Shown: positions 1 to 11,253, numbered from the stretch's first letter. The stretch: 64,000 nt of DNA from Nitrospirota bacterium (GCA_963741205.1 CAVUHW010000015.1:64001-128000); one strand, 5' to 3'. The notes: a model not told the origin generated them from the letters alone. Program-made: numbers and translations.

Positions 1-1
1 A

Positions 2-2122
2 GAGGTGATCAAGCTGGGGCTTGCCGTAAGCGTGGTCTGCATCGTGTTCCTCTTTCATCTTCCGAGCGCCTTCGTCGTGATCGTCACGCTGCCGGTTGCG
101 ATCCTCATCTCCTTCGTCTGCATGTACTATCTCAGGATCAGCTCGAACATCATGAGTCTCTCCGGCATCGCGATCGCCATCGGCGCCATGGTGGACGCCT
201 CGATCATCATGGTCGAGAACGCCCACAAAAAGCTGGAAGACTGGGAAAAGGGAGGCATGGTCCACGGCTCCCGCGTGGACGTGATCATCAATGCGGCCCA
301 GGAGGTGGGGCCGTCGCTCTTCTTCTCGCTTCTCGTGATCACCGTCGGGTTTCTTCCGGTCTTCACGCTTGAGGAGCAGGCGGGACGGCTGTTCAAGCCC
401 CTCGCGTATACGAAGACCTTTTCCATGCTGTTCGCGAGTTTTCTCGCGATCACGCTGACGCCGGTCCTGATGACGCTGTTCATCAAGGGAAAGATCAGGC
501 ACGAGGACAGGAACCCGCTCAGCCGCTTTCTCGCGGCGCTCTATCACCCCGTCGCCGAGTTCGCGCTCCGCTTCCGGAAGGTCGTGATTATCGCGGCGGT
601 CCTCGTCGTCCTGGTCACGGCGTATCCCTTTTCGAAACTGGGTTCCGAGTTCATGCCGCCCCTGTATGAAGGAACGCTCCTGTTCATGCCGTCGGCCCTG
701 CCCGCGGCCTCCATCACGACCATGAGCGAGGTCCTCCAGGCCGAGGACCGGATCATGAAGCAGTTCCCTGAAGTGGACCGCGTCTTCGGCAAGGCGGGCA
801 GGGCAGAAACGCCGACCGACCCGGCGCCGCTCGAAATGGTCGAGACGACCGTGACCTTGAAGCCCATGAGTCAGTGGCGGCCGCAGTTCAAAAAAGTGGA
901 GGACCTGCGCGATGAGATGGACACCGCCCTCTCCATGCCCGGCGTGGCCAACACCTGGACCATGCCGATCATCGGCAGGATCGACATGCTCTCGACGGGC
1001 ATCAGGACCCCGCTGGGGATCAAGATCTTCGGCCCGCATCTGGACGAGATCGAACGCATCGGACTCGATCTTGAGAAGGCCCTGCGCGAGGTGCCCGGTA
1101 CGCGCAGCGTCTATGCCGAGCGTGCGAACACGGGGTATTTTCTGGATTTCACGATCAATCGCGATGAGATCGCGCGCTACGGGCTCAGGATCGAGGACGT
1201 TCAGGAAGTGATCGAGTCCGCCATCGGCGGCATGAACATGACGACGACGGTCGAGGGACGGGAGCGCTATCCGGTAAACATCCGTTACGGCCGGGAGCTC
1301 CGCGACGATATCGAAAAGCTGAAGCGCGTGCTGGTGCCGGTCATGGACAATGCCCAGGTGCCGCTGGGACAGCTTGCCGACATTCGCGTGACCCGGGGTC
1401 CCGGCATGATCCAGAGCGAAGGCGGCAGGCTCACGGCAGCGGTCACGCTGTCGATATCGGGGAGCGACTTCGGCGGCTACGTGGAGCAGGCAAAGAAAGC
1501 GATTGCCGGGAAGGTGAAGATCCCGACAGGCTACCGGCTCCAGTGGAGCGGGCAGTACGAGTACATGGAGAACGTCAAGGCCAAGCTCTTCTACGTCATC
1601 CCGCTTACGCTTCTCCTTATCATCGTGCTGATCTATCTCAATACGGAGTCGTGGCTCAAGACGGCGATCGTGCTCCTCGCCGTCCCGTTCTCGCTGGTCG
1701 GCACGGTCTGGCTCCTGTACCTGCTCGGCTACCATATGAGCACCGCGGTCTGGGTCGGCGTGATCGCCCTCGCGGGCCTTGACGCCGAGACCGGCATCGT
1801 GATGCTCCTCTACCTCGACCTTTCGTACAACCGGTGGCACCAGGAGGGCAGGATCAACTCGCTCAGGGACATCGAGGATTCCGTAATGGAAGGCGCGGTC
1901 AAGCGCATCAGGCCCAAGATCATGACGGTGTCCGTGATCCTCGCCGGCCTGGTGCCGATCATGTTTTCTTCGGGAACGGGCGCGGACGTGATGAAACGGA
2001 TCGCCGCGCCCATGGTCGGCGGCGTCGTCACCTCGACGATCCTGGAACTGGTCATCTACCCCGCGATCTATGTGATCTGGAAGGAACGGGAGCTGCACAA
2101 GACCGGACCGCGGGGGGCGTGA
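2..2122 (+). CDS. cusA: CusA/CzcA-family heavy-metal efflux RND permease (5' part outside window)
   Basis: Motifs SLSGIAIAIGAMVDASIIMVEN, GSEFMPPLYEG, GKAGRAETPTDPAPLEM and RIRPKIMT...GADVMKRIAAPMVGG; many TM segments. Confidence 0.9.
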   Translation, partial: EVIKLGLAVSVVCIVFLFHLPSAFVVIVTLPVAILISFVCMYYLRISSNIMSLSGIAIAIGAMVDASIIMVENAHKKLEDWEKGGMVHGSRVDVIINAAQEVGPSLFFSLLVITVGFLPVFTLEEQAGRLFKPLAYTKTFSMLFASFLAITLTPVLMTLFIKGKIRHEDRNPLSRFLAALYHPVAEFALRFRKVVIIAAVLVVLVTAYPFSKLGSEFMPPLYEGTLLFMPSALPAASITTMSEVLQAEDRIMKQFPEVDRVFGKAGRAETPTDPAPLEMVETTVTLKPMSQWRPQFKKVEDLRDEMDTALSMPGVANTWTMPIIGRIDMLSTGIRTPLGIKIFGPHLDEIERIGLDLEKALREVPGTRSVYAERANTGYFLDFTINRDEIARYGLRIEDVQEVIESAIGGMNMTTTVEGRERYPVNIRYGRELRDDIEKLKRVLVPVMDNAQVPLGQLADIRVTRGPGMIQSEGGRLTAAVTLSISGSDFGGYVEQAKKAIAGKVKIPTGYRLQWSGQYEYMENVKAKLFYVIPLTLLLIIVLIYLNTESWLKTAIVLLAVPFSLVGTVWLLYLLGYHMSTAVWVGVIALAGLDAETGIVMLLYLDLSYNRWHQEGRINSLRDIEDSVMEGAVKRIRPKIMTVSVILAGLVPIMFSSGTGADVMKRIAAPMVGGVVTSTILELVIYPAIYVIWKERELHKTGPRGA

Positions 2123-2168
2123 GGGAGAAGGGTGCCGTGCCCCGCCGCAGTTCAGGTCCAACCGCCAT

Positions 2169-3020
2169 ATGCGCAAAGCAGAACTGAAAAAGATCCTCAA
2201 GACCATCGATGACGAAATGACCAGGGAGCAGGTCCCCGTCGAAGGCCGGCAGACGCACGCCTTATTGCGCCTGTCCCAGCGCCTAAAGACGAAGATAGCC
2301 TCACATCCCGACGACGAACTGTATACGTTCGTCATATCCTGGTACGAGAAGAAATACGGGGGCAAGGTGAAGGCGGCCGGAACGATCGGCGTCATGGCCA
2401 TCCTTATCCGGGGTGAGCTCTATAAGATGACGATACCGCTGCTTCGCGGCCATGCCCAAATCGTCGTGGATCCGAATGTCGATACGCGAAAGAGGGTGCA
2501 GAAAAGCACGGCCCCGGACCCTGACGTGGTCTACGTGCTGAACTGCATCGAGACGCTGACGCTTGAGCACGCCAGGAAATTATCTTCCCTCGAACTCAAG
2601 GAGTTGATGCTCTATTTCAGCTGGGGCCTGGGCGCCTTTCAATCGATCAACCTGTTCTCCGGCAGGCCTGTTACCCGGGAAGCCCTGGAAGACCTGCGAA
2701 GAGCCGTCGATCACCTGTTTGGAAAGCCCCGGGCATGCGGAAAATCAAAATGGGCAAGCCTTCAGGCAACGGAGAAATTCGTCAAAGGATATATTGCGGA
2801 GAGGGGCGGCGTCGCGGACAAACAGCATGGTCTCCCGGAGCTTGTCGCGGATGCGTACGGCCTGGGTCTTCGTCCCCTGAATCCCGATAACATACAGATA
2901 CTGCTGTGCGATCCGGGAGTCCGCTCCGGCGAATCGGCCGTCACGGTCGAGGAGGCCGTGGAGGCGCACCACGCATCGATCGATATCTGCGCAAATGTAG
3001 CGAGCAGCGCCAGGCGGTAG
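2169..3020 (+). CDS. Hypothetical protein with C-terminal HEPN-like domain
   Basis: 283-aa ORF; C-terminal SLQATEKFVKGYI...KQHGLPEL...EEAVEA resembles the HEPN QAxEKxLK...HDL pattern. Confidence 0.55.
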   Translation: MRKAELKKILKTIDDEMTREQVPVEGRQTHALLRLSQRLKTKIASHPDDELYTFVISWYEKKYGGKVKAAGTIGVMAILIRGELYKMTIPLLRGHAQIVVDPNVDTRKRVQKSTAPDPDVVYVLNCIETLTLEHARKLSSLELKELMLYFSWGLGAFQSINLFSGRPVTREALEDLRRAVDHLFGKPRACGKSKWASLQATEKFVKGYIAERGGVADKQHGLPELVADAYGLGLRPLNPDNIQILLCDPGVRSGESAVTVEEAVEAHHASIDICANVASSARR

Positions 3021-3113
3021 TCCTGTTTTTGACCTTCCCGTTGTTTCCCTTGCCACGACCCGAAAATTCGGCTACAGTTACCGTATCGTCCTCATTGAAC
3101 CTGAAAACGGTAG

Positions 3114-3254
3114 TTGGACGCGGATCATCGCAGATTTACGCAGATAAAACCAGTCAGCACGATTGAAAATCCAATCACCGTTTGTGCAAAGTTTTTTATT
3201 ACGAAAAGATGTTTTTGTTTTCATCCGCGTTTATCCGATTTTATCTGCGTCCAA
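3114..3254. repeat. Inverted-repeat element with 10-nt periodic arms (acgcagattt type) and AT-rich core
   Basis: ttggacgcggat...cgcagatttacgcagat on the left; atccgcgtttatccgattttatctgcgtccaa on the right. Confidence 0.75.
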
Positions 3255-3292
3255 ATGCTCTTCATGGGTTGTAGGACCCGCAAAGGGGGGAC

Positions 3293-6000
3293 ATGATGAC
3301 CAAGAAGATACCGCCAAACAGGCTCCTTATCATCGCCCTCATTGCCGCGTTCCTCCTTCTGGCCGGCTCGCGCGAGTTCATCGCCTACCTGGCGGACTGG
3401 CTCTTTTTCCGCGAGGTCGGTTACAGCGCGGTCTTCACCAAGACCTTCCTGGCAAAGCTCCTGACCGGGCTCGCGTTCGGCGCAACCGCTTTTCTCATGC
3501 TCTTCATCAACCTCGGCCTTGCGCGCAGGCGCACGTTCCCGCTCGCGGGCCTGAATCCCCTGTGGGAGCAGGTGCCGCAGCTGCAGCGCCTCGACCTGAA
3601 CCGGCTCGTCGAATGGATCTCGTTCGCCGTGGCGCTCGTCGCTTTCGTGCTCGCCTTCCCCATCGGCGCGCAGTACTGGGAGCAGGCGCTCCTTTTCCTG
3701 AACAGCCGGCCGGCCGGTCTTGTCGATCCGCTCTTCGGGAAGGACATCTCGTTCTTTCTCTTCCAATATCCCTTCATCGACGCCGTGAACACGCTGGTGC
3801 GCGGCCTGATCGTGATTTCCGCGCTTCTGACGGCTGCTGGTCTATCTTCATCCGGGGCGGCATCGTGCTCATGGGAAAGCTCTTCACGATAGAACGCGTC
3901 GTGAAACTCCACCTCGGCGTCCTGGCGTCGCTCTTTCTCGCTGAGCCTCTCGTTCAGCTTTTTCCTCGACCGCTACGGCCTGCTCCTGACCGAGCACGGC
4001 GTTCTGTACGGCGCCTCGTACACCGACGCGCACGTCCGCCTGTTGATGCTCTCGGTCATGGCGGCGCTGACGGCCGCCGCGGCGGTCGATCGTACCCATC
4101 TCTGCGGCGAGACGATCCCTTCTGGTGCCGCTTCTCACGCTCGTGGCGCTCGTCGGCCGCTGTACGTCCTGGGGCTGAAGGTCTATCCCCAGGCGATCCA
4201 GAGCTTCCAGGTCTCGCCGAACGAGAGCGTGCTCGAGAAGCCCTACATCGCGGACCATATCCGGTTCACCCGGTACGGCTACGGCCTGGAGAACATGGAA
4301 CTCCAGCCCTTTGCCGCGAACAAAGAGCTCTCCTTCGCCGATATCAGAAAGAACCTGTCCACGATCCAGAACATCCGGCTCTGGGACGAGGAGCCGCTGC
4401 TCAAGACCTACAGCCAGCTGCAGCAGATCAGGACCTACTACCATTTCAACGACGTGGACAACGACCGCTATACGGTGAACGGCAATTATCTCCAGGTCAT
4501 GCTGTCCCCGCGGGAGCTGTCCTACGCCGACCTGCCGAACAAGTCGTGGATCAACGAGCGGCTCGTCTTTACGCACGGCTTCGGCCTGGCCCTGGGGCCG
4601 GTGAGCGGCATTACGAAGGAAGGCCTGCCGGAGTTTTATGTCAAGGACATCCCGCCCGTCACCAGCGCGGGGCCCAAGGTGACCCGCCCCGAGATCTACT
4701 ACGGCGAAAGCCCGAACGACTACGTGATCGTGAACACCAAGACAAGGGAGTTCAGCTATCCCACGACGAACGAGAACGTCTATACCGACTACTCGGGACG
4801 AGGGGGCGTCCGGCTTCAGTCGTTCCTGACGCGGCTCCTCTATGCAGCCTGGTTCGGGAACTTCAAAATCTTCCTTTCGAGCGACGTGACCGACGAAAGC
4901 CGGATCCTCTATAACCGCAGGATCATGAAACGGGTGTCTGAAATCGCGCCGTTCCTGTCCTTTGATCCCGATCCGTACCTGGTCGTGGGCGACGACGGCA
5001 GGTTGTCCTGGATCATCGACGCCTACACGCATTCGCGACAACCTTCCTTATTCGAAGCCTCTCGCGGGAGGGACCAATTATATCCGCAACTCCGTCAAGG
5101 TCGGTCGTCGACGCCTATGACGGCAGCGTCCTGTTCTACGTCGTGGACCAGAAGGACATCCTGGCGAAGACCTATGCGGCTATCTTCCCGACGCTCTTCA
5201 GGCCGGTCGCGCGAAATGCCGCGCGGACCTCCGGAGGCATCATCCGCTATCCCCGGGCGCTGCTCCAGATCCAGGCGCGGATGTTCAGCACCTTCCACAT
5301 GACCGATCCCTCGGTGTTCTACAACAAGGAAGACCTCTGGGAGATCCCGTCGTACCGCCAAAAGACCATGGACCCCTATTACCTCATCACGAAGCTCCCC
5401 GGCCATTCGGAGGAAGAGTTCATCCTGCTGTTGCCCTTCACGCCGTCGAAGCGGGACAACCTGGCCGCCTGGATGGCGGCGCGGTGCGACGGTGAGAACT
5501 ACGGCAAGGTCATCGTGTACACCTTCCCGCGGGACCGGCTGGTCTTCGGGCCGCGCCAGATCGACGCGCGCATCGACCAGGACGCCTACATCTCGCAGCA
5601 GCTCACGCTCTGGGGCCAGCACGGCTCCGACGTGATCCGGGGGAGCCTCCTGATCATCCCCATCGAGGACTCGCTCATCTACGTGCAGCCGCTGTATCTC
5701 GTGGCCACGGACAAGGGCGGCCTGCCGGAGCTTCGCAGGGTCATCGTCGCCTACGGGAACAACGTGGTCATGGAAGAGACGCTCGAGGCCGCGATCCAGC
5801 GGCTGTTCACCGGCTCGCTGCCGAGCATGCGGATGATGGAGGGCAAGGCGCCGAGCGCTGTTAAGCCGGCGCGGGAACTGGGCTCCCGGGCGCTGGAGCA
5901 GCTCAGGAAGGCGCGGGAGGCGCTCCGGAAAGAGGACTGGGCCGGGTACGGGAAATACCTGAAAGAGCTGGAAGACACGCTTCGGGAGATGACGAAGTGA
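3293..6000 (+). CDS. UPF0182 family membrane protein (several frameshifts, probably assembly errors)
   Basis: Fragments 3293-3892, 4043-5302 and 5143-6000 carry DWLFFREVGY, DPLFGKDISFFLF, NIRLWD, TRPEIYYGE and DVIRGSLLIIPI...YVQPLYL. Confidence 0.9.
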
Positions 6001-6031
6001 GGACGCGTTTGTGTTATGACTCTTCTGAAAA

Positions 6032-6143
6032 TTCCCCTCACCCCAGCCCTCTCCCGCCCCCGATAGGATCATTCGAGGGCAGGCTCCGGGGAGAGGGAGC
6101 AAGCCGTAGCCCCTCCCTCGATGGGAGGGGTTGGGGAGGGTGA
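6032..6143. repeat. GC-rich double-hairpin element (cccctcaccc-n-ccctctccc...gggagaggg...ggggagggtga) with nested insertion
   Basis: Same arms as 20212-20297; inner segment 6053-6085 is a separate hairpin motif. Confidence 0.75.
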
Positions 6144-6199
6144 TGAGCAGATAGCTGATAAAAGAACTATTTTCATACTCCCTCAAGGAGGAAAGGCTA

Positions 6200-6493
6200 A
6201 TGGATAAAACGCTCCAGGCGAAATTCAGCGATTCATGGAACAAATACTTTAACGCCGCCGAGCTTCCCCTGGCCTTTTACTACACCGAAGACGCAGGCAA
6301 CGCGGAACGGGTCCCTGCGCCTTCGGCCCATATGTGCATGATCGGGGTTTTGGCAAGGGCAAGGAAGGGAGCTACTCTCTGTTTCGAGTCCGGCACAATC
6401 GGATGCGCAGGCGGCAGAAGATATACCGGTTTCAGCGATGAATTGAGGCAGGGGTTCGAATATCGCAACATCGTCAATGATATTTATCGCTGA
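6200..6493 (+). pseudogene. DUF169-family protein, 3'-truncated
   Basis: WNKYFNAAELPLAFYY...IGCAGGRRYTGFS...FEY followed by an early stop; good RBS (aaggagg); no continuation seen in other frames. Confidence 0.6.
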
Positions 6494-6517
6494 TCAAGAT
6501 GCAGATTCTATCTCCTA

Positions 6518-6590
6518 GCCCAGAGCTCATGAGAAATTCGTTAGCTTATTCTAAGTCGTCGACCTCTGTGCTCTCTGTGTGCTCTGTGGC
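6518..6590. repeat. Degenerate 9-nt-period inverted-repeat element (cacagag/ctctgtg type)
   Basis: Right arm cctctgtgctctctgtgtgctctgtggc; decayed left arm gcccagagctcatgaga. Confidence 0.6.
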
Positions 6591-6641
6591 AAATCTAGAC
6601 TTATTTCAATTTCATCAAAGCTACCGAACGAGGTAAATGCC

Positions 6642-7220
6642 ATGGGATTTTTTCGAAGCCCGTTTCACAGGGAGGACCGCGTCTGCCCGTGGTGGCTGGC
6701 GTGGACGTTCGACAATCCCCTCCGCCGTTTTTTCCAGGAGCCTGAAAAAATCGTCGGCCCCTTCCTTCGGGAGGGAATGACGGTCGCCGATATCGGGTGC
6801 GGAATGGGGTACTTCACGATCGCCATGGCGAAAATGATGGGCGGGAACGGAACGGTCATTGCCGTGGATATCCAGCAAAAGATGCTTGACCTCACGCGGA
6901 AGCGGGCGGAGAGGGCCGGCGTGGCAGACCGCATCCGACCTCTTCGCGCCTCAGAGGACGACATCGGCATCAGGGAGCCTGTTGACTTTGTCCTGGCCTT
7001 CTGGATGGTGCACGAGGTCAAGGACATCCCCCGGTTCTTCAGACAGGTATCGTCCGTCTTGAAAGAAGGAGGAAAGGTCCTGTACGCGGAACCGCTTTTC
7101 CACGTGACGGAGCGGCGGTTTCGGGAGATCCTCGCTCTCGCGCGGGCCGCGGGCCTTCGGATCGGCGACGCCCCTCACATCGCTTTAAGCCGCGCGGCGC
7201 TTTTGTCGAAGACGGGTTAG
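6642..7220 (+). CDS. Class I SAM-dependent methyltransferase
   Basis: VADIGCGMG motif I, VIAVDIQ motif II, VCPWW N-terminus; RBS gagg. Confidence 0.85.
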   Translation: MGFFRSPFHREDRVCPWWLAWTFDNPLRRFFQEPEKIVGPFLREGMTVADIGCGMGYFTIAMAKMMGGNGTVIAVDIQQKMLDLTRKRAERAGVADRIRPLRASEDDIGIREPVDFVLAFWMVHEVKDIPRFFRQVSSVLKEGGKVLYAEPLFHVTERRFREILALARAAGLRIGDAPHIALSRAALLSKTG

Positions 7221-7274
7221 ACTGGAGCGACGCCTGCATATCCGGAGATATTATTACTTCAACTATACTGTTTT

Positions 7275-7379
7275 GTCGATTCCCGAAACTGCTATCTATC
7301 GGGAATCCAGGTTCTTCAAGCTACAAAGCGAAAATCAAAACTCTACTGGATTCCTGGCTATGTGTCATGCCGGAATGAC
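7275..7379. repeat. GTCATTCC...GGAATCC / GGATTCC...GGAATGAC double-hairpin element
   Basis: gtcgattcccga...tcgggaatccag and ctggattcctggc...gccggaatgac; sister copies at 35947, 55491 and 59993. Confidence 0.75.
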
Positions 7380-7427
7380 GGTTAAGGGTGTTATAACAGA
7401 TAGCAGTCCCTTGATAAGGAGTTTACC

Positions 7428-8066
7428 ATGATCATCAAAGCCCTCAACATCGGTCTTCCGAAAAAGGAAATCTTCCACGGAAAGACATTCATCACCGGCA
7501 TGTGCAAGAAACCGGTCAACGGCCCGCTCCTGCTCACGAGGCAGGGGTTCGAAGGGGACGGAGTAGGCGACCGCAAGCACCACGGCGGGACCGACAAGGC
7601 CGTCTGCGTATATAGCCTCGACCATTACGCTCACTGGGAAAAAGTCCTCGGGATACCGATGCCGGAAGCGGCGTTCGGAGAAAACTTTTCCGTAATGGGC
7701 CTTCAAGAGGGCGATATCCATATCGGCGATATCTTCAAGGCCGGCTCCGCCCTGGTGCAGGTAAGCCAGCCGCGCCAGCCGTGCTCGACGCTTGCCGCCC
7801 GGTACGGCAGGAGCGACTTCGTGAAGGTCGTCTCGGATTCAGGACGCACGGGTTTCTATTTCAAGGCGCTCGAGGAGGGAAGGGTGAAGGCCGGAGACGG
7901 CCTCGATCTGGTTGAACAGGACAGCCGTCAGGTCTCAGTCTCCTTTGCCAATCATATCTGGTATCATGACCGGAAAAACCGCGAGGCTATCGAAAAGGTC
8001 CTCTCCGTGCCCGCCCTTTCGGAAGCGTGGCGGAAGTCGTTTTCGGAGTTAAAGGAAAAAGCGTGA
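7428..8066 (+). CDS. MOSC domain protein (YiiM-like, with 3-alpha domain)
   Basis: GDGVGDRKHHGGTDKAV, AFGENF, QVSQPRQPC, TGFYF. Confidence 0.9.
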   Translation: MIIKALNIGLPKKEIFHGKTFITGMCKKPVNGPLLLTRQGFEGDGVGDRKHHGGTDKAVCVYSLDHYAHWEKVLGIPMPEAAFGENFSVMGLQEGDIHIGDIFKAGSALVQVSQPRQPCSTLAARYGRSDFVKVVSDSGRTGFYFKALEEGRVKAGDGLDLVEQDSRQVSVSFANHIWYHDRKNREAIEKVLSVPALSEAWRKSFSELKEKA

Positions 8067-8090
8067 CGATTTTTCTGCCTTGAGGGATTT

Positions 8091-8321
8091 ATGAAAAAGA
8101 ACATTCTCTTTATCGTTGCTGCCGCCGCGGTCCTGCTCTTTCTCTTCTTTCTTTCCTCAAGAAATAAAGTGCCTTTCCTCCCGGCTGATGATCTGCACAA
8201 GATCGTAACAACGAACGAAGCATGCGAGGACTGCCATGCCCCCGGCAAACGCGCACCCCTGAAAGAGGGACACCCTCCGAAGGAACAGTGCCTGGTCTGC
8301 CACAAAGCGCAGAAACGATAG
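8091..8321 (+). CDS. Small membrane-anchored dihaem c-type cytochrome
   Basis: N-terminal hydrophobic anchor; CEDCH and CLVCH, each preceded by an extra His. Confidence 0.8.
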   Translation: MKKNILFIVAAAAVLLFLFFLSSRNKVPFLPADDLHKIVTTNEACEDCHAPGKRAPLKEGHPPKEQCLVCHKAQKR

Positions 8322-8578
8322 GGTCATAACTTCCCTGATCTGGGCATGACTGAATCAATTATTCCACGAAGTCGCGAAGGAAAGTTAAGATTCATGAATT
8401 CCAGCTATAAGCGGCCAATTCCGGTACTCTTCATCACCCAGACTTGAGTATCCAGACCCCTCCTGTCCTCATTTTCCATGATGTCCGCATAGGTCGCGGG
8501 GTTTTAAATCATCATTTTTTTTCACCGTGGTTTCATGCCCCTGGGACGTGCCTTTTTTCATAAAACCTCCGTCAAATA

Positions 8579-8633
8579 TGACTAAATATGGTATGAGAAT
8601 CGTCTTGACAGCACAAGATGTTGTGGGTATACT
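8579..8633 (+). promoter_or_regulatory. Tandem NrdR boxes overlapping a sigma70 promoter for nrdJ
   Basis: tgACTAAATATGGTat (8579-8594) and gcACAAGATGTTGTgg (8611-8626) start 32 bp apart; TTGACA 8605-8610, 17-bp spacer, TATACT 8628-8633. Confidence 0.85.
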
Positions 8634-8817
8634 TCCTAACAGTTTTTGCATCTGCATAACCATTTTCTTCTGGCATTATGCTTTTCCAGGCATCACGCAA
8701 AAAACCTCAATAGGCTTCATCCAAGAGAACCACATCATAGGCAGGGCCATATGAGAACGTCGGCAAAATCCTGTTTTATTCATCTGGCAAGTCAGTCGCG
8801 CAAGTTGTAATATTAAC

Positions 8818-8848
8818 GCCGGGGCGGTCATCATGCCGCCCCGGCTTT
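8818..8848 (+). promoter_or_regulatory. GC-rich hairpin followed by T-rich tract in the nrdJ leader (terminator/attenuator-like)
   Basis: gccggggcgg-tcatcatg-ccgccccggc-ttt. Confidence 0.5.
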
Positions 8849-8892
8849 GATTTCAATTCATAATTTTTTTATCGTCTAGGGAGGGGAATCGT

Positions 8893-11253
8893 ATGAAGAG
8901 CGCGGCGTCTGTTTCAGCAACAGCTTCCGGCAAGGGACTCAATCTTTCCGAGAACTGCCTCAAGGTCCTCGAAAAACGCTACCTCAAACGGAACGAGGAC
9001 GGAACTGTTGTCGAAACAGCGGTCGACATGTTCACGCGCGTGGCGCGGACCATTGCCGAGGGCGACCGGGCCTACGGCAAGTCCGACGCCGACGTGGAGC
9101 GGACCGCGACCGAGTTCTACCGCCTTATGACCTCCCTCGAGTTCCTGCCGAACAGCCCCACGCTCATGAACGCGGGGCGCGAGCTCGGCCAGCTGTCGGC
9201 CTGCTTCGTGCTTGCCCGTGGGCGACTCCATGGACGAGATCTTCGAGTCCGTGAAGAACGCGGCCCTGATCCACAAGTCCGGCGGCGGCACGGGCTTCTC
9301 CTTCTCCCGCATCCGGCCGAAGAACGACGTGGTGAAGTCCACGAAGGGCGTTTCGTCCGGCCCCATTTCGTTCATGACCGTGTTCGACGCGGCCACGGAG
9401 ACGGTGAAGCAGGGCGGCACGCGGCGGGGGGCCAACATGGGCATCCTCTCGGTGGACCATCCGGACATCCTCGATTTCGTCACCTGCAAGCAGCAGAGCG
9501 ACCGGCTGAATAACTTCAACATCTCCGTGGCCATGACCGACACATTCATGGATGCGGTGGAGAAGGACGGCGAGTACGACCTTGTCTCCCCGCGCGGCAA
9601 GGCCGTGGTCAAGAGGCTCCAGGCCCGCAAGGTATTCGACACCATCGTGAACATGGCCTGGAAGAACGGCGACCCGGGCATCATCTTCCTGGACCGCATC
9701 AACCAGTACAACCCCACACCTCACGTGGGCATGGTGGAGTCCACCAACCCCTGCGGCGAGCAGCCGCTCCTCCCCTATGAGTCCTGCAACCTGGGCTCGA
9801 TCAACCTGGCGAAGATGCTCGCGCCGAACGGCAAGGCGATCGATTTCGACAGGCTTCGCCACACGGTGCGGCAGGCGGTCCACTTCCTGGACAACGTGAT
9901 CGACGTGAACCGCTATCCCATCGAAAAGATCAGTGAGATGACCCGGGCGAACCGCAAGATCGGCCTGGGCGTCATGGGATTCGCCGATATGCTCCTGGAG
10001 ATGGGCATTCCCTACAGCTCCGACGAGGCGGTGCGGACCGGTGAAAAGGTCATGAAGTTCATCACCGACGAGGGCCGGAGGATGAGCGAGGAACTCGCCA
10101 GGGAGCGCGGGGCCTTCCCGAACTTCAAAGGGAGCATCTACGACAGGCCCGGCGCAGCCGCCGATCAGGAACGCGACGGTCACTACTATCGCGCCTACGG
10201 GCACCCTTTCGATCATCGCCGGGTGCTCCAGCGGCATCGAACCGCTCTTCGGGCTCACCTTCGTCCGGAAGGTCCTGGACGGCGCCGAACTGCTCGAAGT
10301 GAACCCCGTGTTCGAACGGATGGCGAAGGACCGGGGCTTCCATTCCGATGAACTCATGAAGGAGATCGCCGAGCACGGCGGGTGCACGAACATCCAGACA
10401 GGTCCCCGAGGACGTGCAGCGCGTGTTCGTCACGGCCCATGACATCACCCCGGAGTGGCACATCCGCATGCAGGCTGCTTTCCAGAAGCATACCGACAAC
10501 GCGGTTTCCAAGACCGTGAATTTTCCGCACAGCGCCACGCAGAAGGACGTGGAGAAGGTCTATCTGCTCGCCTACAAGACGGGCTGCAAGGGCGTCACGA
10601 TCTACCGCGACGGCTCCCGCGACGAGCAGGTGCTTTCACCGGCGCCACGGAAAAGGCGCGCAAGGCCGCTGCAGCGGCCGGTCACGGTTGCTTCGGCCTC
10701 GCCGGAGCTGGCCGAGGAGAAGAAGCCGCGAAACCGTCCGGTCTTGACCCACGGCGTTACCCAGAAGATCCCCACGGGCTGCGGCAATCTCTACATCACG
10801 ATCAACGAGGACGAAGAGGGCATCTGCGAGGTCTTTTCGACCATGGGCAAGTCCGGCGGGTGCGCCGCGAGCCAGTCCGAGGCCGTCTCCCGCATGGTCT
10901 CCCTGGCGCTCCGGTCGGGCGTGTCCATCGACTCGATCATCAAGCAGGTGAAGGGCATCCGCTGCCCGTCTCCGGCCTGGGGCGAGGGCGGCTCGATCCT
11001 GTCCTGCCCCGATGCCATTGGCCGGGCCCTCGAACGCTATGCCAAGGAGGCTGTGAACCACCACAATCACCACAAGGCCCGGGCCGTAGCCGCGCCGATG
11101 CCCACGGTCGCCTACACGTCGTCAGACTGCGCCAAGGGCGGGAGCAAGAACCACCTGGGCCTTTGCCCCGAATGCCCCGACTGCGGCGGGCTCCTGGAGT
11201 TCGGCGAAGGCTGCGCCTTCTGCCGGGGCTGCGGGTTCTCGAAGTGCGGGTAA
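8893..11253 (+). CDS. nrdJ: Adenosylcobalamin-dependent (class II) ribonucleotide reductase with C-terminal TSCPD domain (frameshifted)
   Basis: [63 protein letters not shown], terminal CPDC...CRGC ribbon. Confidence 0.93.

Noticed and set aside
8634-8892. Cobalamin riboswitch upstream of nrdJ
   Set aside because: No B12-box or AGGGAA/GCCACTG core visible
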